A stretch of DNA of 17,421 bases from Promethearchaeota archaeon (GCA_011364925.1 RDOA01000064.1:1-17421), one strand, 5' to 3'; shown: positions 1 to 8,983, numbered from the stretch's first letter. The notes: generated by a model not told the origin, from the letters alone. Numbers and translations: made by a program.

Positions 1-1
1 A

Positions 2-88
2 TCTATTATAAAAATTGTTTATAACCTAAACGATTTAGCAGATCAAATTATCCAATATAACCAAAATCTAAGAAAAGGGAGTAAGTGA
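2..88 (+). CDS. 3' end of a CDS entering from the left edge (…SIIKIVYNLNDLADQIIQYNQNLRKGSK*)
   Basis: Frame 2 is open from the window edge to TGA at 86-88, and the next ORF starts at 90. Confidence 0.4.
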   Translation, partial: SIIKIVYNLNDLADQIIQYNQNLRKGSK

Positions 89-89
89 A

Positions 90-278
90 TTGAAACTTAA
101 TCATTATTTATTATTCTTCCTGAAAGATAATCCTTCGAAAATACTAAGTATTAAATTTTGGTGTTTGACATTATTATTTATAGATGCGGGAATTAAAGTA
201 GAGATGTCTGATGGATATATTTTAACTAAAGATGATTGTTTTAACGAACTTAAAGATATTTTAACAATAAGTGAATAA
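90..278 (+). CDS. Small hypothetical protein (62 aa)
   Basis: TTG start 1 nt after the upstream stop, with GGGAG upstream. It overlaps the next ORF by 8 nt, an operon-like packing. No recognisable motif. Confidence 0.4.
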   Translation: MKLNHYLLFFLKDNPSKILSIKFWCLTLLFIDAGIKVEMSDGYILTKDDCFNELKDILTISE

Positions 279-819
279 ATTGGAAGATAAAGAGCTAGAA
301 GAATATAAAAGAAGAATTTTAGAATTAATCGAGAATGTAGAAAAGAGTAAAGATATTCCATTTGGAGAGCAACAAGTAATAGACTCAAGAAAAAAATTAT
401 TGCAAATAGCAAAAGCAGGAATTAACCCTAATTACCGTAGAGAAATATTAATTATTGTATTTACGCATACAATTCGAGATTATTATAAGAAAAGAGCTGA
501 TCCTAACGAAACTGAGAATTTCCAAGAAGAAATTGACGAGTTATATAGATTAATTTATGAAGAATTGAGGAAACCAAGTCCTTATATCCCAGATAGTGAT
601 CCAAAACATCAATTTGAGATTGCAGATAGAAGACGAATTCTAAGAAGAATGACATCGGTTTTAGGAGTAGAAAACATAAATCAGTTCAAAAAAGATTACA
701 AGCTTAAGAAATTAGTGGGTTCTACTTCAATTTTACAACCATGTTTTTGTATTATTTTTGGTGTCTTAAGTATAATACTAATCCCAATCTTATATGTTGT
801 TGTATTTAAAGGGCATTGA
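271..819 (+). CDS. Hypothetical protein with a single C-terminal TM helix (tail-anchored topology)
   Basis: 182-aa ORF. Charged helical soluble part, then hydrophobic CFCIIFGVLSIILIPILYVVVF and only KGH before the stop. Confidence 0.8.
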   Translation: MNKLEDKELEEYKRRILELIENVEKSKDIPFGEQQVIDSRKKLLQIAKAGINPNYRREILIIVFTHTIRDYYKKRADPNETENFQEEIDELYRLIYEELRKPSPYIPDSDPKHQFEIADRRRILRRMTSVLGVENINQFKKDYKLKKLVGSTSILQPCFCIIFGVLSIILIPILYVVVFKGH

Positions 820-837
820 ATCAAAATTCTTTTTTCA

Positions 838-878
838 ATAGACTGTATTGACTGTATTGACATTTGTATTGACTGTAT
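838..878. repeat. Short tandem repeat, about 4 copies of ATTGACTGT (one with a 3-nt insertion)
   Basis: atagactgt-attgactgt-attgacatttgt-attgactgt-at, read directly. Confidence 0.8.
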
Positions 879-985
879 CACTATGTTAAATGATTAAGTA
901 ATATCTTTTTATTAATTTCCACAAATATCGTCCTTATGACGACTAATTTTAACCAAAAAAAAATTAAAAAAAGGTATAGCAGATT

Positions 986-1019
986 TTTCTTAGCAATTAC
1001 GATTGAATTTGCTAAGAAA
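986..1019. terminator. Perfect 11-bp inverted repeat between convergent genes (terminator-like hairpin or protein-binding site)
   Basis: TTTCTTAGCAA-N12-TTGCTAAGAAA, 24 nt past the LRR gene stop. An A-rich tract at 955-972 gives a U-tract on the minus strand. Confidence 0.5.
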
Positions 1020-1043
1020 TACTTTGGGGGAAAATTTAGATAA

Positions 1044-2366
1044 TTAAATCTTTTTTTTTTCTTTGTCTTTTAAAATTAAATTTCTGTATTTTTCAATTTC
1101 TTCCACGTTAAAAAACCAAGGAACTTCATTTCTTCTATAAACGTGAAGAGTAATAGTAAATCCTTTTTGTTCCTCAAACCCTCTAATTCCTAAAAGTTGA
1201 TCGTAACCCACGATTATTCTATCTAGCTTTTTTAATTCTTTCAGACCTTTTATCTCTATTAAAGGATTTAACGCTACTGATAGAGTTTCTAAACTTGGAA
1301 AATTCCCAAGATCTAAGGTCTTTAACTGGTTATTGGATAGATATAACCCTTCAAGATGAGGTAGAACTCCACGAATTCGTAACTCTGAAATTAAATTGTG
1401 ATCTAGTATTAATGTTTCAAGATCTTGTAAATTCTCAAGCCCGTTTATTTCTTCAATTTGATTAAAGGCTAGGTGCAATACTTTCAATTTTTTTAAATCA
1501 TATAGACCACCAATTTCTTTAACCTTGTTGTTAGATATGTCTAAAATCTCTAAATTTACTAAATTATTCAAGCCTTTTATCTCTGAAATTTTATTTTTCC
1601 CTAACTCCAAGCTTTTCAACTTTGGATAACGCTCCAAACCATCGACAACTTCTAAATCGGTTTCAGAAACATCTAAAAATTCTAGATTTGTTATATACTT
1701 TAAATGGCCAATTTCAGATAGCCTTCTTATACCTAGTCCCCAGAGTTTTAAACCCGTAATGAGTCCATTTTCTAGACTGTACTCGATTCCCTGTCTATAA
1801 TCAACTTGCTTTAAGTTAAAAGAATTAATTAAAGATAAGATTGACTTAAGATTTAAAAAAATCTCAAAAATTTGGTCTAAAGGCATTTTATCATAAGTAT
1901 TTACTTTAAAAAATCGCCTAAGGTCATAACAATATTCTTGCGCCAAGATACTAGGTTCGGTGTTAATGAATTCGTCCAAATCTCTTATAAGAACATCTCT
2001 TAGTTGGAACTCGTCTAAGTAATTCAAGTGTTCAAATGCTATAATTAAATTTTTTGGAAAAGTTTCGTTTTTGACCACCCATTTTAACAGATCCGTAACT
2101 TCTTCTTTATATAGCGAAGTGATAACCTCAAGTGCGGAAGCCCGAACTTGTCCACTTAAATCTGAAACAACCAATTCTTCCAGAAATTTATAAACACGAT
2201 TATTTTTTATACCTAAATCACTCAAAAGTTCGATATACTGGACTCTTTCGCTCTCTTCTTTTAAGTTTTCAACATTGAAAAATATAAGCTCTAAAGCAGT
2301 ATTTTCATCTATCTGCTTGCGTTTTAGTTGTTGTTTTAGGATTTCTGAGGTCTGATTCGGCTCCAT
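1044..2366 (-). CDS. Leucine-rich repeat protein (SDS22-like 22-aa LRRs) with an N-terminal helical/HEAT-like domain
   Basis: About 8 repeats of LxxLxLxxNxIxxIxGL in the C-terminal half (e.g. LKSLELGKNKISEIKGLNNL). The N-terminus is homologous to the neighbouring LRR gene. Confidence 0.93.
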   Translation of the reverse strand: MEPNQTSEILKQQLKRKQIDENTALELIFFNVENLKEESERVQYIELLSDLGIKNNRVYKFLEELVVSDLSGQVRASALEVITSLYKEEVTDLLKWVVKNETFPKNLIIAFEHLNYLDEFQLRDVLIRDLDEFINTEPSILAQEYCYDLRRFFKVNTYDKMPLDQIFEIFLNLKSILSLINSFNLKQVDYRQGIEYSLENGLITGLKLWGLGIRRLSEIGHLKYITNLEFLDVSETDLEVVDGLERYPKLKSLELGKNKISEIKGLNNLVNLEILDISNNKVKEIGGLYDLKKLKVLHLAFNQIEEINGLENLQDLETLILDHNLISELRIRGVLPHLEGLYLSNNQLKTLDLGNFPSLETLSVALNPLIEIKGLKELKKLDRIIVGYDQLLGIRGFEEQKGFTITLHVYRRNEVPWFFNVEEIEKYRNLILKDKEKKKI

Positions 2367-2388
2367 ATTAATTATATAACAACAAAGA

Positions 2389-2396
2389 TATTTAAA
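2389..2396 (-). promoter_or_regulatory. Archaeal TATA box (TTTAAATA), probably a leaderless transcript
   Basis: 22 nt upstream of the ATG at 2366; no SD visible. Confidence 0.6.
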
Positions 2397-2583
2397 TCTA
2401 TTCTATCATGCAGGTTATTTGAAAAATTATAAATTCACCTTGACATTGAGGATTTAGATACAGATATTCTGATTAAGTTTAATGAATTATTCTTTTTTTT
2501 AAAATAAAAATTTCTTTTTCAGTGTTATTGATATAACGATTACTTTAGGAAGAAAAATCTTCGCTGCTAAATTCAGGTAAAAA

Positions 2584-4035
2584 CTAAAAATCAATATTAA
2601 TTTTTTTTTTTTTTTTAAGATCTTCTATAATCTTAAATAGAGGTTCAGAAAGATGATTGTTGGAAAGATCGATATCTACAAACGAATCTATGGTTTCCAA
2701 CCCACACAATTGTGATATTCTATTATTTCGAATGTTTATATTCCTAATTGAAGGTAATTTCTCCAAATACCGAAAAACTTCAATTTTGTTATTGTTTAAC
2801 CAGAGCTTTTCCAAACTCTTAAGTCCATTCATTCCTTCGATTTTTTTAATCAGATTGTTTCCTAAATCCAACTCGACAAGATTTATCAAATTTTCAATGC
2901 TTGAAATATGTGTAATTTTATTCCCGTTTAAATCCAAGATCTCTAATTCTTTTAAGTGTTCTATACCTTTAATTTCTCTTATCTTATTGTTAGCTAAATA
3001 CAAGCCTTTAAGATGTCGTAGAAGTTCTAATCCCTTTATCTCCTCTATATGATTCTCATTAAGATTTAAATCTTGTAAATTTGAAAGCTCCTCTAAGCAC
3101 TTGATTTCGCTAACATGGTTCCCCCACATAATTAACGATTTTAATCGCTTTAAATTATCTAGCCCCTTAATTTCCTTAATACTGTTACCGGCTAAAGATA
3201 AATATTTTAATCTTACCAAATTTTCAAGGTTTTCTATTTCTGAAATTGAATTTTCTGATAAATCCAGCGTTTTTAGATCGGGAAAGTAATCTAAATCTCC
3301 AATCTCCCTAAAACCGCACATCTTTAAGGTTAGCTCCTCTAACCTCCGTAAGTTCTCTAAACCTTCAATATCGGACGGGCAATCCCAATTTTCAAAATCG
3401 CTTCCTCCAATAAATAGACTGATCACATAACCATCCTTTAGATCGTGCCCTAGATCGTAAAATGTATTATAATGATCTCCTATAAATACCAATGTCTCGA
3501 ACCCTAAGAAAATTTCTAAAAGTTTATCCGTAGGAATCTCATTGAACGGTGCATCGTTAAAATAATCGCGATAATCCCCTACCAAAGCTTCCATGTGTGG
3601 TCTAAATTGCGACTTCACAAAGTCGATGTTACCTGAAAACACGGAATTGAAGGATTCGATAATAAGCTCACGCAGTGTCCCTTCAGCCTTTTTAAGTAAT
3701 GCCTTAAAGATTCTTGAGACTAACGATAACGACATTTTCTGCTTGATTAACCACCTTATAGTTTCTACTCCTCTCGTTAAAAATTTATCTATAAGAATTT
3801 CTGCTGCATATTCTTGAATTCTCAAGCTAGAATCAGAAATCACTAATCCTTCGATAAACCTATAGTGAGCATCGTCTTTCAGGTTCATTTGGCTTAACAG
3901 GTGTATACTCTTTACTCTATCCCCCTCATTTTCACTCTCTTCCATAACCGAGATTAACAACGCAATTGCTGTCTTTTCGTCTATTTCTCCTCCCTTTAAC
4001 TTAGAATCTACAACTTCTGGTGAAGGATTAGCCAT
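2584..4035 (-). CDS. Leucine-rich repeat protein (SDS22-like) with an N-terminal helical/HEAT-like domain
   Basis: About 11 regular 22-aa LRRs (LKTLDLSENSISEIENLENL, LKYLSLAGNSIKEIKGLDNL…). N-terminal IDEKTAIALL…DRVKSIHLL matches IDENTALELI…ERVQYIELL in the paralogue. Confidence 0.94.
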   Translation of the reverse strand: MANPSPEVVDSKLKGGEIDEKTAIALLISVMEESENEGDRVKSIHLLSQMNLKDDAHYRFIEGLVISDSSLRIQEYAAEILIDKFLTRGVETIRWLIKQKMSLSLVSRIFKALLKKAEGTLRELIIESFNSVFSGNIDFVKSQFRPHMEALVGDYRDYFNDAPFNEIPTDKLLEIFLGFETLVFIGDHYNTFYDLGHDLKDGYVISLFIGGSDFENWDCPSDIEGLENLRRLEELTLKMCGFREIGDLDYFPDLKTLDLSENSISEIENLENLVRLKYLSLAGNSIKEIKGLDNLKRLKSLIMWGNHVSEIKCLEELSNLQDLNLNENHIEEIKGLELLRHLKGLYLANNKIREIKGIEHLKELEILDLNGNKITHISSIENLINLVELDLGNNLIKKIEGMNGLKSLEKLWLNNNKIEVFRYLEKLPSIRNINIRNNRISQLCGLETIDSFVDIDLSNNHLSEPLFKIIEDLKKKKKINIDF

Positions 4036-4060
4036 TATATTAGTAATATAGAAACTTAAG

Positions 4061-4068
4061 TATTTAAA
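4061..4068 (-). promoter_or_regulatory. Archaeal TATA box (TTTAAATA), probably a leaderless transcript
   Basis: 25 nt upstream of the ATG at 4035; identical to the box of the paralogue. Confidence 0.6.
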
Positions 4069-4277
4069 GTTATATTAAAGAACAATTTTTTAATTTTTCA
4101 TGAAAATTCAACAAGAATTTTTTGTTTGAGATATAATTGTTAGCTTTATTAAGATTATTGCCCTAAATTTTTCCAAAATAGTTTTGTTATTTTTTAATAT
4201 ATTTTAAACGAATATAACTAAAACCTTAAATTTTTAGAGTACATCGCTCAAACGATTTATATTTAAATATCGATAGG

Positions 4278-4343
4278 TTTAAATAGGTACGTTAATATTT
4301 TATTTATAACAGTATGTTGTCAACAAGAGATTGACAACAACTG
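4278..4343 (+). promoter_or_regulatory. grpE-dnaK-dnaJ promoter: TATA box plus an inverted repeat at the predicted start site
   Basis: TTTAAATA at 4278-4285. TGTTGTCAA-N7-TTGACAACA at 4315-4339, flanked by CAGT/ACTG. Confidence 0.6.
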
Positions 4344-4373
4344 AAACTAGTAAATTTGTACGGGGTAAAAAAT

Positions 4374-5042
4374 ATGGTGTTTGAAGACTACTACGACCAA
4401 TTTTTCAACGCTCGAAGGTCTTTGGAAGACCCTTATCGCAAGGTAACAATTTCAAAAGAAAAATATAAAGAGCTTGTAGAGATTGCCGAAAAATACGAGA
4501 TGCTCGTAAAGAAGTTAGATCAAGTTGAAGCTAAAAAGTCAGAGTTGGAAAAGCAAATCGAATTTCTAAAAGAGGACGGTAGAAAATTAAAAGAATTAGA
4601 GGAGAAAACCGAGAAATATTTAAATGCTTTAGTGAGAACGCAAGCAGACTTTGATAACTACAAAAAGGCAAACAATCGAGAGAACGAGAGATATCGAGAG
4701 CGCGTTAAAGAGGATATGCTGAAAAAATTGATTAAGCATTACGAGGATTTACTACGAGCTTTTAATGTATTGGAGATAATTGACAAGGGAGAGTCGGTAA
4801 AAAAGGGTTTTAAAATGATCGTTGATAACTTTGAAAAATTGTTGGAAGAAGAGGGAGTAAGTCCTATGAATCCGGAAGGAGAGAAGTTTGATCCTTACAA
4901 GCATGAAGCTTTAATGGTAGAGGAGACCGAGGAACTCCCTGATAGCACTGTTATTGAAGAATTAAATAAAGGTTATTATTTAAATAACAAGGTATTGAGA
5001 CCCGCTGGGGTTAAGATATCAAAAACCAAATCAAATTTATAA
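4374..5042 (+). CDS. grpE: Nucleotide exchange factor GrpE
   Basis: Motifs RTQADFDNYKK, GEKFDPYKHEA, KGYYLNNKVLRPAGV, directly before dnaK. The ATG at 4374, downstream of GGGGT, is preferred over the TTG at 4356. Confidence 0.95.
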   Translation: MVFEDYYDQFFNARRSLEDPYRKVTISKEKYKELVEIAEKYEMLVKKLDQVEAKKSELEKQIEFLKEDGRKLKELEEKTEKYLNALVRTQADFDNYKKANNRENERYRERVKEDMLKKLIKHYEDLLRAFNVLEIIDKGESVKKGFKMIVDNFEKLLEEEGVSPMNPEGEKFDPYKHEALMVEETEELPDSTVIEELNKGYYLNNKVLRPAGVKISKTKSNL

Positions 5043-5090
5043 ATTTAAACAAAAATCATAATAAAAATAAAAAAAAAGAAGTGAAAAAAT

Positions 5091-6992
5091 ATGGGAAAAA
5101 TAATTGGTATTGACTTAGGAACTTCCAATTCAGCTGCTGCTGTATTAATCGGGGGTAAGCCTACTATCATTCCAAGTGCCGAAGGTAATACATTAGGTGG
5201 AAAAGCTTTCCCTTCTGTCGTAGCATTTACGAAGGATGGGCAGAGGTTAGTAGGGGAACCTGCGAGAAGACAGGCGATTTCAAACCCAGATCGAACGATT
5301 ACAGCTATAAAGCGAAAGATGGGAACCTCCTATAAGGTAAATATCGAAAACAAAGAATACACGCCGCAAGAAATATCGGCAATGATTCTAAGGAAGATCA
5401 AAGAAGACGCGAGCGCCTATTTAGGCGAAGAAGTGACTGATGCTATTATTACTGTGCCTGCTTACTTTAACGATAATCAAAGACAAGCCACGAAAGACGC
5501 GGGTAAGATCGCAGGATTAAATGTTAAGCGTTTAATTAACGAACCTACTGCCGCAGCCGTAGCATACGGGTTAGATAAGAAGAATGCAAAATTAAAAATC
5601 GCAGTTTTAGATCTAGGTGGTGGAACTTTTGATGTTACTATCATGGAGATGGACAACCAAGTTTTTGAAGTTGTCTCAACTGCTGGAGACACTGCTTTAG
5701 GAGGAACTGATATGGATAGGATTCTAGTAAATTACGTTGTTGACGAATTTAAGTCTCAAGAAGGCGTTGATTTGAGCAACGATTCTATGGCAATGCAAAG
5801 AATTAGAGAGGCGGTTGAAAAGGCTAAGATCGAATTATCGACTTCAGTATCAACTGATATCAACTTACCATACATAACGGCGACTAATTCTGGTCCAAAG
5901 CATTTGACAATGAGCCTTACGAGAGCAAAATTGGAGCAACTGATTGATCCTATTTTGAAGAGATTAGAAGCACCAATAATTAAAGCATTGAAAGACGCGG
6001 GATTAAGCAAAGGACAAGTTGATAAAGTCATTCTAGTTGGTGGACCAACGAGAATGCCTAGCGTTCAAAAGATTTTCGAAGATTTCTTAGGGAAAAAGCC
6101 CGAAAGAAGCATAGATCCTATGGAGTGTGTCGCGATGGGTGCTGCTGTTCAAGGTGGTGTGTTGACTGGAGAAGTAGAAGATCTACTGCTCTTAGATGTC
6201 ACTCCATTATCTTTAGGAGTTGAAACTTTAGGAGGAGTATTTACCAAATTGATTAACAGAAATACGACGATTCCAACTAAAAAAGCTGAAATATTTTCCA
6301 CAGCTGCTGACAACCAGCCTGCTGTAGAAATTCACGTATTACAAGGAGAACGCCCAAAAGCTGCTGACAACATTACATTAGGAAGGTTTCATTTGACGGG
6401 AATCCCACCTGCTCCGCGAGGTTTGCCTCAAATTGAAGTGACATTCGACATCGATCAAAACGGTATTATTAACGTATCAGCTAAAGACAAGGGAACTGGT
6501 AAAAGTCAATCAATAACAATAACCGCATCAACCAAAATGTCAGAGGACGAAATAAACCAGAAAGTACGAGAAGCTGAAAGATACGCCGAAGAAGATCAAA
6601 AATTCAAAGATTTAACAGAAGCGAAGAATCACGCTGAAGCTTTGATCTATCAAACTGAGAAATTACTGAAAGAAAACGAATCAGTAATAGGTGATTTAAA
6701 GTCAAACATTTTAGATAAAATCTCCGAATTGAGAAGTGCTATGGAATCTGACGATGTCGCAAGAATAAAGAGTTCAATAGACACATTACAAAACTCTTTG
6801 CACGAGGTATCATCTCGAATGTATGGGCAACAACAAGGTCCAGCTCAAGGTGCGTATCAAGGTGCTCCACCTGGGGGTATGGGTGGAGATAATTACGGTT
6901 ATCAGGAAAAATCTCAAGATGAAATCGAAGAAGAAAAATTCCGTAGAGCAACTGGTCAAGACGATAATGTAGTGGATGCTGACTACGAGTAA
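5091..6992 (+). CDS. dnaK: Chaperone DnaK (Hsp70)
   Basis: [40 protein letters not shown] and [10 protein letters not shown]. It lacks the ~23-aa N-terminal insertion, i.e. the archaeal/Gram-positive type. Confidence 0.99.
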   Translation: MGKIIGIDLGTSNSAAAVLIGGKPTIIPSAEGNTLGGKAFPSVVAFTKDGQRLVGEPARRQAISNPDRTITAIKRKMGTSYKVNIENKEYTPQEISAMILRKIKEDASAYLGEEVTDAIITVPAYFNDNQRQATKDAGKIAGLNVKRLINEPTAAAVAYGLDKKNAKLKIAVLDLGGGTFDVTIMEMDNQVFEVVSTAGDTALGGTDMDRILVNYVVDEFKSQEGVDLSNDSMAMQRIREAVEKAKIELSTSVSTDINLPYITATNSGPKHLTMSLTRAKLEQLIDPILKRLEAPIIKALKDAGLSKGQVDKVILVGGPTRMPSVQKIFEDFLGKKPERSIDPMECVAMGAAVQGGVLTGEVEDLLLLDVTPLSLGVETLGGVFTKLINRNTTIPTKKAEIFSTAADNQPAVEIHVLQGERPKAADNITLGRFHLTGIPPAPRGLPQIEVTFDIDQNGIINVSAKDKGTGKSQSITITASTKMSEDEINQKVREAERYAEEDQKFKDLTEAKNHAEALIYQTEKLLKENESVIGDLKSNILDKISELRSAMESDDVARIKSSIDTLQNSLHEVSSRMYGQQQGPAQGAYQGAPPGGMGGDNYGYQEKSQDEIEEEKFRRATGQDDNVVDADYE

Positions 6993-7004
6993 GTTCAGAA
7001 TTAG

Positions 7005-7045
7005 TTATTTTGATTTATTTTTTTTATTTTTTCTTTCTATTATTT
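7005..7045 (+). terminator. T-rich tract after dnaK, a possible partial archaeal terminator
   Basis: Several T-runs, including T9, between dnaK and dnaJ. Confidence 0.4.
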
Positions 7046-7068
7046 AAGATTAAAAGGGGTTAAAAATT

Positions 7069-8082
7069 ATGGCAAAAGATTATTATAATGTCTTAGGATT
7101 GGAGAAAGGCGCTTCCAAGGAGGAAATAAAAAGAGCATTTCGAAAATTAGCGCGAAAATATCACCCTGATGTTAATCCTGATGAAGGGAAATCAGGAGAA
7201 AAATTTAAGGAGATAAACGAAGCCTATAGTATATTAAACGACGATAAAAAAAGAGAAATGTACGATAAATTTGGAGTTGTGGAAGGAGATCCATCATCCT
7301 ATCAACAATGGGGAGGTGCTCCTGGTGGAGGAAGAGTGCACCGAAGCCCTGATGGGACCACTTATTATTATTCAACCTCGGGAGCACCGGGTAATTTCGA
7401 TTTCGGAGACATTTTTGGGAATTTTCGCAATTCTAATAAAAGACAATCCTCAGGAGGGTATGATTTCTTTAACGATTTAGGAGATATTTTTGATGTGTTT
7501 TCTAATCGAGGTGGTAGCACGCGAGCTAGGTCTAATAGAAATCAGAATTATCCAAGAGAAGGGGAGGATTTAAGATACGATATGGAAATAAGTTTCATGG
7601 ACGCTTTTCTTGGTGGAAAAAGACAAGTACAATATAAAGACCCCGCAACTGGATCGAATCAAACATTAACGATAACTGTTCCACGAGGTGTAAGAGACGA
7701 CCAAAAACTAAGACTTAAGGGAAAAGGAATGCCAGGTGAAAATGGAGGCGCTCCAGGAGATTTGTATATTGTAGTCCATGTAAAAGATCACGATTTGTTT
7801 GAAAGAGATGGTGACGATATATATGTTGATCAAGAGATTCCTTTTACTACTGCAACATTAGGCGGTAAAACTCAAGTGCCAGGAATAGAAAATTCAATAA
7901 GTGTTACAGTTCCACCGGGAACAAAAGATTCAACAGTGTTAAGATTAAAGGAGAAGGGCTTTTACAAATTAAATTCTGAGAAGAGAGGTAATCAATTAGT
8001 AAGAGTAAAAATAAAAGTCCCTCATAAAACTAACAAGAAACAAAAAGAATTGTTAGAACAATTAAAAGCAACAGGTTTATAA
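7069..8082 (+). CDS. dnaJ: DnaJ-class co-chaperone, class B/type II (J-domain, G/F region, CTDs; no zinc finger)
   Basis: HPD motif (KYHPDVN), G/F-rich linker, GDLYIVV and FERDGDDI. The protein has no cysteine, so no CxxCxGxG. Confidence 0.93.
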   Translation: MAKDYYNVLGLEKGASKEEIKRAFRKLARKYHPDVNPDEGKSGEKFKEINEAYSILNDDKKREMYDKFGVVEGDPSSYQQWGGAPGGGRVHRSPDGTTYYYSTSGAPGNFDFGDIFGNFRNSNKRQSSGGYDFFNDLGDIFDVFSNRGGSTRARSNRNQNYPREGEDLRYDMEISFMDAFLGGKRQVQYKDPATGSNQTLTITVPRGVRDDQKLRLKGKGMPGENGGAPGDLYIVVHVKDHDLFERDGDDIYVDQEIPFTTATLGGKTQVPGIENSISVTVPPGTKDSTVLRLKEKGFYKLNSEKRGNQLVRVKIKVPHKTNKKQKELLEQLKATGL

Positions 8083-8086
8083 GAAG

Positions 8087-8983
8087 GTGGATAACTTGGA
8101 AATCACATCCAATTTAAATGTAGTATCAGAAATTTGCCCTGAGTGTGGGGGAAGCATAATTGCCCTAAATCAAATAGGGGAAAATGTGTGTTCTCAATGT
8201 GGACTAGTAATAAATGAAAGAGGCGTGGATGTGAATCATAGTGATAAAAGAGCCTATACATCTCAAGAAAAAAAACAAAGGGAGCATACTGGAGCTCCAA
8301 TTTCAAGTTTACTTCCAGATATTGGTTTGACAACAGTTATTGACAGAAAAAGTATTAACGATCCAGATTTAAAAAGAGCAGTAAAATGGAATACGAGGAT
8401 TACTTGGGAAAAAAGAAATCTGCTTATCGCTGCAACAGAACTAAAAAGAATTTGCAGCAACTTAAACCTTCCAAATCATATTAAACTCGAAGCCATTAAA
8501 TTGTATAAAGATGCTTTTAAGAGAAAATTATTACGCGGGAGATCTATTAATTCTATGATAGCTGCTTGTATTTACTTAGCTATAAGGTTAAAAAAAATAC
8601 CCCGGACTTTACAAGAAATATTAGAGGAATCATCAGAAAATGAAAAAGACATTCGAAGATGTTATCGCGTATTAATCAGAGAATTAAACATAAAATCACC
8701 TAACACTAATCCAAGCGCTTTAATACCAACGTACATAGCTAATTTAAACCTTAATCACGAAATTTTAGAAATGGCTACAAAAATCGTAAATACATTCTCT
8801 ACCAAATTTTCCACGAGTGGAAAAGACCCAAAAGGAATTGTAGCCGGAGCTATTTATTTGGCCTGCCGATTAAAAGGTTTAGAGTTTACGCAAAAGCAGA
8901 TTGCCGATGTTGTAGGAATAACAGAGGTTACTCTTCGATCAAGATTTAAAGAAATCTCAACCAAATTAAATGTGGAGATTTAA
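8087..8983 (+). CDS. tfb: Transcription initiation factor IIB (TFB) paralogue
   Basis: Zn ribbon CPECGG…CSQCG, two cyclin folds (LLRGRS, GKDPKGIVAGAIY), and the HTH TQKQIADVVGITEVTLRSR. Confidence 0.96.
   Translation: MDNLEITSNLNVVSEICPECGGSIIALNQIGENVCSQCGLVINERGVDVNHSDKRAYTSQEKKQREHTGAPISSLLPDIGLTTVIDRKSINDPDLKRAVKWNTRITWEKRNLLIAATELKRICSNLNLPNHIKLEAIKLYKDAFKRKLLRGRSINSMIAACIYLAIRLKKIPRTLQEILEESSENEKDIRRCYRVLIRELNIKSPNTNPSALIPTYIANLNLNHEILEMATKIVNTFSTKFSTSGKDPKGIVAGAIYLACRLKGLEFTQKQIADVVGITEVTLRSRFKEISTKLNVEI

Noticed and set aside
104-412. 102-aa hydrophobic minus-strand ORF
   Set aside because: It is antisense to A-rich plus-strand genes; the hydrophobicity follows from the T-rich complement.
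838-878. CRISPR-like array
   Set aside because: Units are 9 bp with no spacers, and there are no cas genes.
696-881. 61-aa minus-strand ORF (MIQSIQMSIQSIQS…)
   Set aside because: Its N-terminus is just the 9-bp repeat read in frame, and the rest is antisense to the 182-aa gene.
990-1015. CIRCE-like TTAGCA…TGCTAA
   Set aside because: The inner CTC/GAG bases are missing and the spacing is 1 nt short. It lies between convergent 3' ends, more than 3 kb from grpE, so a terminator-like hairpin fits better.
2657-3817. Plus-strand ORFs inside the LRR gene
   Set aside because: Antisense shadows of a well-supported repetitive CDS.
5477-8460. Small alternative ORFs within dnaK, dnaJ and tfb
   Set aside because: They overlap strongly conserved genes and show no motifs.
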